NCBI GenBank assembly: GCA_017647405.1
Contig: JAGCKR010000041.1
Location: forward strand, 45,218-109,217
From: Alphaproteobacteria bacterium
GTDB taxonomy: Bacteria > Pseudomonadota > Alphaproteobacteria > CAAHEQ01 > UBA3637
Reading direction: 5' to 3'
Length of the DNA stretch: 64,000 nt
The translations under genes and the position numbers were made by a program. Positions 17,389-26,271 of this stretch are shown one piece after another (the first letter of the stretch is position 1; every line of letters begins with the position of its first letter). The notes beneath the pieces were generated by a model, which saw only the letters and a program-made list of their open reading frames with translations, searched no databases and was not told the origin of the DNA.

Positions 17389-17949
17389 TCATTTTTCATT
17401 TTTTAATTGAAAAAGACCAAAAGTTGTTTCATTTTTTTTGTCATCTTCAATATTTTCTTTAATCAAAAATAATCCATAGAAAAGACCGGCGTTTTTTCGG
17501 CAAATAATAGCATGAGAGTCGGATATTTCACCTGTGGATAACTTTTTTGCAGCAAGAGCTGTATCTTCTGATTCAATTTCTTGTAAATATGGGAAAAATT
17601 TTTTTCTATAATTTTTTGTTTGTAAAAGAGCCTGAATATGCGAAGTAACAACATTGATTGCTGAAGTTTTTGTTTTTTTAAATAAGCAATGATGAATTGG
17701 AAGTGTCAAAGTATCAATTTGTTCATATTCTTTTGTTAAAGCAAGAGATGTTTCTAAAACTGGTCCGGCAATTTTATTTTGAATAGCCATAACTCCGAAA
17801 TCAATCTCTTTATTTTTTAATGCATTGATAACGTTTTGTGAGGATATAAGGGGGATAAATATGGCATTTTGAATACCTCTTTTTTTTACAAGAAGATGTG
17901 CTGCCTCTTCGGAATTTGAAAAAAAATCACCTTGATAGCCTATTTTCAT
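17389..17949 (-). CDS. Minimal prephenate dehydratase (PDT)-fold protein without ACT domain
   Basis: Start at MKIGYQGDFFSNSEEAA (compare iaYqGepGaySe.Aa). The C-terminal NETTFGLF aligns with the N.TRF motif. About 186 aa, so no regulatory ACT domain; the size is similar to BacA-type prephenate decarboxylases. Confidence 0.55.
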   Translation of the reverse strand: MKIGYQGDFFSNSEEAAHLLVKKRGIQNAIFIPLISSQNVINALKNKEIDFGVMAIQNKIAGPVLETSLALTKEYEQIDTLTLPIHHCLFKKTKTSAINVVTSHIQALLQTKNYRKKFFPYLQEIESEDTALAAKKLSTGEISDSHAIICRKNAGLFYGLFLIKENIEDDKKNETTFGLFQLKNEK

Positions 17950-18123
17950 TTTTTTATCCCTTGCTGTTATTAACAAAATGATATTAACATAAAAATAAAA
18001 AGATGTCAACAAGGTTTTTGATTATACTGTTTAAGCTATTCAAAACTTCTTGACTTTTAAAAGAAAATTCAATCATATTAAAAGAGAAAATTAAAATCTT
18101 TTTTACTATAACGGAGTTGTTTT

Positions 18124-19146
18124 ATGTTTAGTATTTCAGAGTTTATTAAAGTTAATAGAGTATATTTTATATGGGCTGTTTTTTTAAGCACTCTTTATCT
18201 TTTTCGTAGCATGTTTGGTCTTGTTTTTATGACCTTTATTATGTGTTTTATTTTTGCAAGTATCGGTCATAAAATAAGGCGCAAATATCATTGGAATAGA
18301 AGGGTGATTGTTGTGTCGCTTTATGCGTTTTTTTTACTTTGTGAAATTTTATTTATTGCAGTTGTTCCAAGCAAACTTGTTTCAGAAACCATCAGTTTTA
18401 CCGAACAGTTACCGAGTACCATTTATTTCTTTAAAAATTGGGTTGATGCTCAGGTGCAAGGAAATGAAATCCTTTCGATGATAGTGAATCAGCTTTCCTC
18501 AAATATTTCGCCTGATAAAGCTTTGATGAGGGCTTGGAGTGTGTCTTTATCGTTTTTAAATGCCGGACTTCATTATATTGGTTGGTTCTTTTTGGCAATG
18601 TTATTTAGTTTTTTAATTTTGTTAGATTTACCAAATTTATCGTTAGGTATCAGACGTCTTCGCGATACAAAACTTGCTGAAACATATCGTGAAATTGCGG
18701 GCAGTATTGTTTTATTTGCCAAAGTAGTTGGTGAAAATTTTAGAGCGCAGTTGATTATTTCTGCGATTAATACCTGCTTAACGGCTATTGGTCTTTATTT
18801 CTTAGGAATTAAAGCGATAGCACTTTTATGCACAATTGTTTTCATTTGTGGATTAATTCCTGTTTTAGGGATGATTATTTCATCTGTTCCGATTATTTTA
18901 ATGGCGGTAAATACTGGAGGGATGTCTTTGGGTTTATGGGCATTAGTTATGATTATTTTTATTCATCTTTTAGAAGCTTACGTTTTAAATCCGCGCATTG
19001 TTTCTTCTGTGATGCATATTAACCCTGTGATGACGCTTATTATTCTTTATATTGCTCATAGCTTTTTGGGCCTTTGGGGAATGCTTTTGGGGGTTCCGAT
19101 TGCGGTTTATTTTTATCGTAAAATTAATATTCCAAAAAATTGTTAA
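18124..19146 (+). CDS. AI-2E family transporter / PerM-like (UPF0118) permease
   Basis: 340 aa, polytopic membrane protein. The C-terminal half LIPVLGMIISSVPIILMA ... LLEAYVLNPRIVS ... HINPVMTLIIL is typical of the family. Confidence 0.75.
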   Translation: MFSISEFIKVNRVYFIWAVFLSTLYLFRSMFGLVFMTFIMCFIFASIGHKIRRKYHWNRRVIVVSLYAFFLLCEILFIAVVPSKLVSETISFTEQLPSTIYFFKNWVDAQVQGNEILSMIVNQLSSNISPDKALMRAWSVSLSFLNAGLHYIGWFFLAMLFSFLILLDLPNLSLGIRRLRDTKLAETYREIAGSIVLFAKVVGENFRAQLIISAINTCLTAIGLYFLGIKAIALLCTIVFICGLIPVLGMIISSVPIILMAVNTGGMSLGLWALVMIIFIHLLEAYVLNPRIVSSVMHINPVMTLIILYIAHSFLGLWGMLLGVPIAVYFYRKINIPKNC

Positions 19147-19155
19147 CTAAAATAT

Positions 19156-19188
19156 AAAAAAACTCTTTCAGCCCGAAAGAGTTTTTTT
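19156..19188. terminator. Bidirectional terminator
   Basis: aaaaaactctttc agccc gaaagagttttttt. Confidence 0.75.
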
Positions 19189-19204
19189 GATAATGAATAA
19201 TTAT

Positions 19205-19618
19205 TTATTTAGTGGACATATTGATATATGCTTGTTCATCAAGGTAATACATATCGCCGGTTATTGGGTCAATGATTAAATAACCAAGTAATCCGCCAAC
19301 CACTAAATTACCGGCATAATACCAACCACTCACATGCCAATCAATAATTTTTTGTTCGGTTTTATATCCGTTTTTTGAAGCAATAACCGTATATTTTTCG
19401 GGATTAAAATATCCGTTTGCAGATGTTTTTAAATTAATGGTTGTTGGGGTTTTGCCATTAAAAACAACTTCGCCATTTTTATTAAGAACTTTGATATCAA
19501 CTTGATCAATATTAGACCTGATGGAAACATTTTGAGAGTTTTCGCGCATAATGGTTGCACAAGCTGATAAAAATGTTAAAGTCAAACAAACTGTCAATGC
19601 AATAAAAATTTTTTTCAT
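19205..19618 (-). CDS. Small lipoprotein with PEGA-like beta-sandwich region
   Basis: Start at MKKIFIALTVCLTLTFLSAC (lipobox LSAC). VSIRSNIDQVDIKVLNKNGEVVFNGKTPTTINL ... YTVIASKNGYKTEQ resembles PEGA domains. Hydrophobic Gly-rich C-terminal segment. Confidence 0.55.
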   Translation of the reverse strand: MKKIFIALTVCLTLTFLSACATIMRENSQNVSIRSNIDQVDIKVLNKNGEVVFNGKTPTTINLKTSANGYFNPEKYTVIASKNGYKTEQKIIDWHVSGWYYAGNLVVGGLLGYLIIDPITGDMYYLDEQAYINMSTK

Positions 19619-19646
19619 TTTTTTATCCTTTAATAAAGTTAACAAC

Positions 19647-19834
19647 AAAAAAGCCGCCTTTAAAGAGGCGACTGGAAGTTGGTAACTATACGAGAATAGT
19701 GCGACATATTGACTTGGAAAGCTTATTTTGCCGCCTTCCAGTCATTTTTTGACCAGAAAGCGTGCAAAGTTTCGTCTTCACACAGACGTCTCGTAAGAGG
19801 TTACCACACCTCTTGGACACAGAACACTATATCC
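19647..19834 (-). ncRNA. Unclassified ~190-nt structured RNA: independent sRNA or terminator-containing 5' leader of the lipoprotein gene
   Basis: Sigma70-like promoter (TTGACA-18-TATAGT) at 19841-19870 on the minus strand. Intrinsic terminator gtcgcctctttaaaggcggctttttt ends about 29 nt before the lipoprotein ATG. Several hairpins and mutually exclusive long-range pairings can be drawn by hand. Confidence 0.45.
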
Positions 19835-19840
19835 ACCTAA

Positions 19841-19870
19841 ACTATAATTTAAGAGGTTAATGTTTGTCAA
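19841..19870 (-). promoter_or_regulatory. Sigma70-type promoter for the RNA element
   Basis: Minus strand reads TTGACAaacattaacctcttaaatTATAGT. Confidence 0.5.
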
Positions 19871-20071
19871 ATAGTTTTTGTTTGATTCAAAAAGATTATT
19901 ATTTGGTAATCAAAAGAGTGAATTAATTAATTAATAATAAGAGAGTTTTTTTGATTTTATATAAAAATTATACTCGTTCACACCAACTATCCGCTTGAAC
20001 CCGATAGGTTCTGTTTTTGTTCAGAAACTCCCAATAAAAAAAACACTCCCAAAAATTGGAAGCGTTTTTAT

Positions 20072-20146
20072 TGGCGACCCTAACGGGATTTGAACCCGTG
20101 TACCAACCTTGAGAGGGTTGTATCCTAACCACTAGATGATAGGGTC
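20072..20146 (-). tRNA. tRNA-Glu (anticodon CUC)
   Basis: Reverse complement reads GACCCTATCATCTAGTGGTTAGGATACAACCCTCTCAAGGTTGGTACACGGGTTCAAATCCCGTTAGGGTCGCCA. All four stems pair by hand. Anticodon loop CTCTCAA. Encoded CCA. Confidence 0.8.
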
Positions 20147-20188
20147 TTGATGAAAAACTTTTTATCATAAATTTAAAAAAAAATCAAA

Positions 20189-20220
20189 TAAAAAATAAGG
20201 CGGAATTTTTCCGCCTTATT
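20189..20220 (-). terminator. Rho-independent terminator after rne
   Basis: ataaggcgg aattttt ccgccttat, with a T-run on the minus strand. Confidence 0.75.
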
Positions 20221-20225
20221 TTTGT

Positions 20226-22607
20226 TTATTGATTAACCAACTTATTCCACCAACCTTTTTTTCTTGGTTCTTCTGTTTTGGTTAAATCTTCACCTTGAGG
20301 AATGTTTGATGGTTGTTCTTCTTTTTTTTCTTGAACAGCTTCTTTCTTTTCCTTTGGTGCTTGTTTCTTTTTCGTTGTTGTTTTTTTCGAAGTCGTTTTT
20401 TTGGGTTCTTTATCGGCTTTTATTTCCGGTTTAGATTCCTCTTTCTTGACTTCTTCTGTTACCACCTCTGTTTTGGAAGTTTCTTTTTTCTTTGATTCTT
20501 TTTTATTTGAATCACCTTCTTTTTTCGGATGTTTTTTCTTCCCTTTTAGTGATTGTTTTTTCTCTTCCTTTGGTGTGTCTTCTGATTTAACAGGTTCAAC
20601 AGGAGTGGCTGGTGTTTCTTCCGCTTTGAATTCCGAAAAATCTTTTTGTTCCACAACAGTGAATTTCTCTTCTGTTGTAATCGGTTGATTTTCAGCTTCC
20701 TCTTGAGCTGCTTGACGCTGTTTCATTCTGGCAAGCATGCGTTTTTCTTTGCGTCTTTTACGCCATTCACTGCGTCGTTTATTCTTATTGTTTTTCTTTT
20801 CTTGCTGAGCGTTATCAGGTTGCTCTTGTGGCTCAACTTCTTTTACTTCTTTTTGAGTTTCTGGAGCTGGTTGTTGTTTTTCATGTTTTTTATGCTCTTT
20901 ATCAAACGGCATGCGCAAGAAATCTTGTTTTCTTTTTTCCTTTTGTTCATGACGATTTTGATTATTTAAGTTAACATGCAAACGTTCGCCATCTTCTCTG
21001 ATTCTTTCTAATTTATAATCAGATGAACGTAACAATGTTTCATCCGGAATAATTTGGATGTTGACATTATATTTTGTTTCTAATGCAACCAAATGTGCAC
21101 GTTTGATATTTAATAAATAGGTAGCCACATTTGGTGGTAAAGAAATTAAAATTTTGTTACTGATGTTTTTAAAAGCAGCTTCTTCCAAAATATGTAATGC
21201 ATGCATGGCGCAAGATTCAACAGAGCGGATAACGCCTTTACCGCCACAATGCATACAAGGTTGATAACTGCTTTCCAAAAAGCTGGAATGTAAGCGTTGT
21301 CTGGACATTTCAACCAATCCGAAACCAGACATTTTCCCAACTTGAATACGTGCCCGATCTTTTTTGAGAGCCTCTTTTAACCGACGTTCAACGGCAGCAT
21401 TGTTTTTTGCTTCTTCCATATCAATAAAGTCAATTACAATAAGCCCAGCCATATCGCGTAAACGTAATTGTCTGGCAAGCTCATCGCAAGTTTCAAGATT
21501 TGTGCGTAATGCTGTTTCTTCAATATCATGTTCTTTTGTTGCTCTGCCAGAGTTTACATCAACGGCAACCAAGGCTTCTGTTTGATCGATAACCAAATAA
21601 CCGCCGGATTTCAGTTGCACGATATTGTTATGAATGCTTTCTAATTGTTGCTCAACTTGATGGGCAACAAAAATTGGTTCGACGCCTTTATATTGTTTAA
21701 TCTTTTTGGCCTGAGCCGGCATCAGCATTTTCATAAATTCTTTTGCAGATTTGAAAACAGCTTCGCCTTCAACCCAAATTTCATCGATATCCGGTGTGAA
21801 AACATCTCTTAAAGAACGTTTAACAATATCTCCTTCTTCATGGATAAGTTTTGGAGCTAATGATTCAAGAGTTTCTTCTCTGATTTTCATCCATGTTTTT
21901 ATAAGGTAATCATAATCACGTTTGATTTCCGTTTTTGTTTTTCCTTGACCGGCAGTACGAATGATAACGCTCATTCCATCTGGGATTGAAAACTTGTCAA
22001 TAATCGTGCGAAGAGCCTTTCTGTCCTTCACATTGGTGATTTTTCTTGAAATGCCACCACCTTTGCCATTGTTTGGCATTAAAACGCTGAAACGACCGGC
22101 CAAAGAAAGATATGTTGTGAGTGCAGCCCCTTTATTTCCACGTTCTTCTTTCACAACCTGAACAAGCATTACTTGGCCTTGACGGATGACTTCTTGAATT
22201 TTATATTTTTTAATGAAAGATGGATAGATTCTTGTGCGAATATCATTTTCTGTTTCAGAAACAACTTCAACATCGGAAGTTTGCTCATTTCCTTCTGTTT
22301 GGTCAAAATCATCTTCTTCTGCTTTTTTGAGCATAGCTTTTAAAGCTTCTCTATCAGCAACGGGAATTTGATAATAATCGGGGTGAATTTCGCTGAACGC
22401 TAAAAAACCATGACGATTGCCGCCATAATCTACAAAGGCGGCTTGTAGTGATGGTTCAACGCGAACAACTTTTGCTAAATAAATGTTTCCTTTGATTTGT
22501 TTTTTTGTGGAAGTATCAACATCTAATTCCTCCACTCTTGAGTTTTCTGACACAACAACACGGGTTTCCTCCGGATGTGTCGCATCGATAAGCATCTTTT
22601 TTGACAT
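20226..22607 (-). CDS. rne: Ribonuclease E (RNase E/G family) with Lys/Glu-rich disordered C-terminal tail
   Basis: 793 aa. MLIDATHPEETRVVV..., S1 domain GNIYLAKVVRVEPSLQAAFVDYGGNRHGFL, catalytic core VDVNSGR ... GLIVIDFIDM, CPxCxGxG zinc link (CMHCGGKG). Confidence 0.9.
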   Translation of the reverse strand: MSKKMLIDATHPEETRVVVSENSRVEELDVDTSTKKQIKGNIYLAKVVRVEPSLQAAFVDYGGNRHGFLAFSEIHPDYYQIPVADREALKAMLKKAEEDDFDQTEGNEQTSDVEVVSETENDIRTRIYPSFIKKYKIQEVIRQGQVMLVQVVKEERGNKGAALTTYLSLAGRFSVLMPNNGKGGGISRKITNVKDRKALRTIIDKFSIPDGMSVIIRTAGQGKTKTEIKRDYDYLIKTWMKIREETLESLAPKLIHEEGDIVKRSLRDVFTPDIDEIWVEGEAVFKSAKEFMKMLMPAQAKKIKQYKGVEPIFVAHQVEQQLESIHNNIVQLKSGGYLVIDQTEALVAVDVNSGRATKEHDIEETALRTNLETCDELARQLRLRDMAGLIVIDFIDMEEAKNNAAVERRLKEALKKDRARIQVGKMSGFGLVEMSRQRLHSSFLESSYQPCMHCGGKGVIRSVESCAMHALHILEEAAFKNISNKILISLPPNVATYLLNIKRAHLVALETKYNVNIQIIPDETLLRSSDYKLERIREDGERLHVNLNNQNRHEQKEKRKQDFLRMPFDKEHKKHEKQQPAPETQKEVKEVEPQEQPDNAQQEKKNNKNKRRSEWRKRRKEKRMLARMKQRQAAQEEAENQPITTEEKFTVVEQKDFSEFKAEETPATPVEPVKSEDTPKEEKKQSLKGKKKHPKKEGDSNKKESKKKETSKTEVVTEEVKKEESKPEIKADKEPKKTTSKKTTTKKKQAPKEKKEAVQEKKEEQPSNIPQGEDLTKTEEPRKKGWWNKLVNQ

Positions 22608-22855
22608 AAAATAAATCCCTTTGACAATTTAAAATAACGCACATTCTGTTTCAAAAAGAATGGCACTGTAACAAAACATAATCCGATGTCTATCAGATAA
22701 AAAACATTCTGAAAATAATTTGACGTTATAAAAGCACTCATTGCTAACCCATCGGATTAAAAAATAACTCTTGGGCAATCATTTTTGATTGCATTTTTCA
22801 TTATATAGGTATAAAAGAAAATAAGCAAGTTTTTTTATACAAAAAATAGGGTCTA

Positions 22856-24058
22856 ATGAAAATTAAAACGTTTTTACTCTTTGTTTTAAGTATATTATTC
22901 ATTGCGGGCAATGTTTTTGCCACAACGATTTCTGACGTTCGACTTTCCACATTTTCAAATGGGACCGGGCGAATTGTTATCGAATCGGAGAAAAAAATTG
23001 ACCCAAAAATTTTTACGCTTGAAAATCCCAAACGGTTAGTGATGGATATTCCGAAAACAGATATTTTAGCAGCTGTTCAAAAAAAGGATTTTAAAACAAG
23101 TTCCGTTGTTTCAAGGGTAAGGTTTGGAAAGCCTCAACAAGGGGTTTCCCGAATCGTTATTGATTTGGGAAATAATATAACGGAAAGTCATTTTACTTTG
23201 CCACCGGAAAATAATAAAGGGATTTGGCGTTTTGTGTTGGATTTAAAGCCGAGTAATCCGGTTAAATCCGTCGATTATAAAACAACGGCCTCGGCAAAAG
23301 TTTTATCAGATGCATCTAATGCGCAAGCTAAAAAGCCGGTTAAAACAGCTTCGAAATCACAAAGTGGGTTATTGCCGTTTAGTAAGTCTAAAAAAATCAT
23401 TGTGCTAGATGCAGGTCATGGTGGTCAAGATCCGGGAGCTATTTCAAAAAATGGGCATTTTGAAAAAGATTTAACCCTTAAAATGGCAAAAGAAACAAAA
23501 GTTCTGTTAGAAAGGGCTGGATATAAAGTTGTTTTAACTCGTGATAGAGATATTTTTATCACACTTCGCGGACGTGTTAAAAAAGCACATGAAGCCAAAG
23601 CGGATTTATTTATTTCCATTCATGCCGATAGTGCCAGAAATACGAAAGCACGTGGTCTTTCTATTTATACCATTTCTGAAAAAGCATCGGATAAGGAAGC
23701 TGCTGCTTTGGCGGAGCGTGAAAATAAATCAGATATTTTGCTTGGTATGGATTTGGATGATTATCAACAGGAAGTGAGTTCTGTTTTAATTGATTTGGCC
23801 AAACAAGACACGATGAAAGAATCCAGATTGTATGCTGATTCTGTGGTAAAAGAAATGCAACGAACGGTTCAACTTTTGCCAAATGCACATCGTTTTGCTG
23901 GTTTTGCTGTTTTAAAATCGCCGAATATTCCGTCAGTTTTGTTAGAAATGGGATATATGTCTAATCATCATGAAGAACGCGAAATGCAAAAAGTTGCCTA
24001 TCGTAAAAAATTGGGTCAGGCTTTAGTGCGCGCTGTGGATGCTTATTTTGGAAGGTAA
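22856..24058 (+). CDS. amiC: N-acetylmuramoyl-L-alanine amidase with N-terminal AMIN domain
   Basis: Signal peptide, AMIN-like RIVIESEKKI ... RLVMDIP, and Amidase_3 core IVLDAGHGGQDPGA ... DLFISIHAD ... PSVLLEMGYMSN. Confidence 0.85.
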   Translation: MKIKTFLLFVLSILFIAGNVFATTISDVRLSTFSNGTGRIVIESEKKIDPKIFTLENPKRLVMDIPKTDILAAVQKKDFKTSSVVSRVRFGKPQQGVSRIVIDLGNNITESHFTLPPENNKGIWRFVLDLKPSNPVKSVDYKTTASAKVLSDASNAQAKKPVKTASKSQSGLLPFSKSKKIIVLDAGHGGQDPGAISKNGHFEKDLTLKMAKETKVLLERAGYKVVLTRDRDIFITLRGRVKKAHEAKADLFISIHADSARNTKARGLSIYTISEKASDKEAAALAERENKSDILLGMDLDDYQQEVSSVLIDLAKQDTMKESRLYADSVVKEMQRTVQLLPNAHRFAGFAVLKSPNIPSVLLEMGYMSNHHEEREMQKVAYRKKLGQALVRAVDAYFGR

Positions 24059-24186
24059 TGGGTGCTTTTTTTTGTGTTCAAATAAAAAAGTATTTTGAAA
24101 AATTAAAGAAAAGTTTATATAAAATCATTTGTCAATCTGTGAATTTTTTAGGGGAATATTTTTTTTATAATCATTTAAAATAAAAA

Positions 24187-24564
24187 ATGCTAATTCCAGG
24201 GGTGGTTGAGACATATAATTGGATGAAGGAATGGAGATATGATGCAACACAACCAAAATCTGGTTTTAAGAAAGAGCCTTTGGGTTCACATAATGATAAA
24301 TCTCCTTTAGGATCAACTCTTAATTTATGCGCCTTTCAGATCAGTGTTTTAACACCGCAAAAAGCACAAGTTTTAGAGGTAATGATTGATGATGCTCGGA
24401 AAGGATCTAACAGAGCGCAATTTGAAATAGAATTAAGAAATTTTTATAATGAACATCCGGCAGTTGAAAGAAGAATGAATTCCTATCATCGTCAAAGAGA
24501 ACAGCAAGAAAGAACAATCCTGTCTATTGATTCTTCATTAAGTTCACGCAACTTGGGAAGATGA
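24187..24564 (+). CDS. Hypothetical protein
   Basis: 125-aa ORF followed by a terminator, with no recognisable motif and a weak RBS; the start is uncertain. Confidence 0.3.
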   Translation: MLIPGVVETYNWMKEWRYDATQPKSGFKKEPLGSHNDKSPLGSTLNLCAFQISVLTPQKAQVLEVMIDDARKGSNRAQFEIELRNFYNEHPAVERRMNSYHRQREQQERTILSIDSSLSSRNLGR

Positions 24565-24577
24565 ATTAATCAAACAA

Positions 24578-24608
24578 TAAAAAAGGCGGTTTAAAACCGC
24601 CTTTTTTA
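24578..24608. terminator. Bidirectional terminator
   Basis: aaaaaaggcggt ttaaa accgcctttttt. Confidence 0.8.
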
Positions 24609-24613
24609 GTTTT

Positions 24614-26242
24614 TTAAGTTACCACATTTGGGGCGTCTTTACCGGTATAATCTTTTATGCCCATAATTTCATTTGCAGCCATAATAAAATCACTTAAAGC
24701 TTCAACAGCATCCATAGAGAATTTATCTTGCTCATTTGTTTCGGCATAATAATACATTCTGAGTGTGGCGCCACTGCTTCCTGTTCCTGATAAACGAGAA
24801 AAAATGCGACCATCTTCGAATTGAATGATATATCCTTGATTGTTTGCCGTATCTCCTGTTATTGGATCAATGTAATTGAAAATACCTGTTTCAATGATTT
24901 TATGCCCAAAAAATGTTTGTCCAACCAAAGAATTAAGTTTTTCTTTTAGAGCATTCATCATTTGATTTGTTGGTTCAACTTCCAGCCCTTCATAACTTTG
25001 CGTTGAGGTAAATACTCGACCATATTGATGCCATAAATCGAAGTTTAATTCTTCAACGGATTTTCCGGTAATGGCAATAATATTTAACCAAAATAAAATT
25101 GCCCAGATGCCATCTTTTTCACAAAGATGAAAAGAGCCTGTTCCAAAACTTTCTTCACCGCAGAGAGAAATTTTATTAGCATTTAAAAGAGAGCTGAAAA
25201 ATTTCCAGCCTGTTGGAGTAGCATAAATAGGTAAATTTCTTTTGCACATCACTTTATCCACCGCCGGAGCTGTTGGCATAGATCTGGCAACACCATAAAA
25301 TTTACCTTTATAAAAAGGAATTTGTTCCATATATTCGGCAATGATTGCTAAACTATCTGATGGAGCAACAAAAAACTTTTTACCCAAAATCATATAGCGG
25401 TCACCATCGCCATCAGAGGCTGCTCCAAAATCAGGAGCATCATCTTGATACATTTTATCCACAAAATGCTTGGCATAGGTTAAGTTTGGTTCAGGATGTA
25501 ATCCGCCAAAATCAGGAAGGGGTGTTTTATTTAAAACAGTTCCTTCTTCGGCGCCGAGCAATGTTTCAAAAATATAGGAAGCATAAGGTCCGGTAACAGC
25601 ATTTAAAGCATCATAAGACATTTTGAAGCCGTTTTTAAAAAGATTGGAGATTGCTTCAAAATCAAAAATTTCTTGCATGTAAGAGGCATAATCCCTTACT
25701 GAATCAACGACCTCAATTACTGTTGATCCAATTACTTGTTCCCCAATTTCCGACAGTTTTATGTCATTGATATTTACTGTCCAATAATGGTCAATAATTT
25801 TGGTTTGTTCTGTTATTTTATCAGAAATACTTTGTGGGGCAGGGGCTCCATCTGCAGTATCAAATTTAATGCCGAAATCACCGTTTGGACCACCGGGATT
25901 ATGACTGGCAGAAAGAATAATTCCACCAAAAGCACCGCGTTTAACAATTAAATGAGAGGCTGCCGGTGTGGATAAAATTCCATTTTGACCGATAATTAAA
26001 CGGCCAAATTGATTAGCAATAGCAATTTTGATGATTTTTTGAATAGCGGTATTGTTGAAATAACGCCCGTCACCACCGATGACAAGCGTTTTTCCTTCAA
26101 ACCCTTCTAATGAATTGAAAATGGCTTGAACAAAATTTTCAAGATAATTTTCTTGCTTAACAACAGAAATCTTTTTTCTTAAACCACTTGTGCCACATGT
26201 TTGATCGGTATATGGGGTGGTTTTAATCGATTGAATATCCAT
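24614..26242 (-). CDS. pgm: Phosphoglucomutase (alpha-D-phosphohexomutase family)
   Basis: 542 aa. Active-site LSASHNPGGPNGDFGIKF, metal loop ASDGDGDR, sugar loop GEESFG. Confidence 0.9.
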   Translation of the reverse strand: MDIQSIKTTPYTDQTCGTSGLRKKISVVKQENYLENFVQAIFNSLEGFEGKTLVIGGDGRYFNNTAIQKIIKIAIANQFGRLIIGQNGILSTPAASHLIVKRGAFGGIILSASHNPGGPNGDFGIKFDTADGAPAPQSISDKITEQTKIIDHYWTVNINDIKLSEIGEQVIGSTVIEVVDSVRDYASYMQEIFDFEAISNLFKNGFKMSYDALNAVTGPYASYIFETLLGAEEGTVLNKTPLPDFGGLHPEPNLTYAKHFVDKMYQDDAPDFGAASDGDGDRYMILGKKFFVAPSDSLAIIAEYMEQIPFYKGKFYGVARSMPTAPAVDKVMCKRNLPIYATPTGWKFFSSLLNANKISLCGEESFGTGSFHLCEKDGIWAILFWLNIIAITGKSVEELNFDLWHQYGRVFTSTQSYEGLEVEPTNQMMNALKEKLNSLVGQTFFGHKIIETGIFNYIDPITGDTANNQGYIIQFEDGRIFSRLSGTGSSGATLRMYYYAETNEQDKFSMDAVEALSDFIMAANEIMGIKDYTGKDAPNVVT

Positions 26243-26271
26243 TTAGTCTCCTTGCAAAATGAAAAATGTTA

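Noticed and set aside
15633-18123. Invertible-segment (DNA switch) model around the small serine recombinase
   Set aside because: I could not find matching inverted recombination sites flanking any segment. Only local hairpins in the 16281-16407 spacer and a short taaaatctttt similarity near 18092 are present.
19647-19834. Attempted identification of the RNA element as tmRNA (two-piece alpha type), SRP/4.5S RNA, 6S RNA or a known riboswitch
   Set aside because: I found no tag-peptide reading frame ending in an Ala-Ala stop, no T-arm/CCA acceptor piece, no GGAAGCAGCC-type SRP domain IV motif, and no TPP, SAM-II or FMN signature. The class is left open rather than forced.
19968-20168. 66-aa minus-strand ORF
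   Set aside because: It covers tRNA-Glu and its flank, so it is spurious.
20226-20900. Lys/Glu/Pro-rich C-terminal 230 aa of RNase E as something unusual
   Set aside because: Disordered, charged scaffold tails are normal for RNase E, so it is not reported as a finding.
20313-20969. Plus-strand ORFs (60-107 aa) rich in Phe/Leu/Ser opposite the 3' part of rne
   Set aside because: They are antisense shadows of the Lys/Glu-rich (AAA/GAA) tail of RNase E. They are poly-F/L/S nonsense with no start context.
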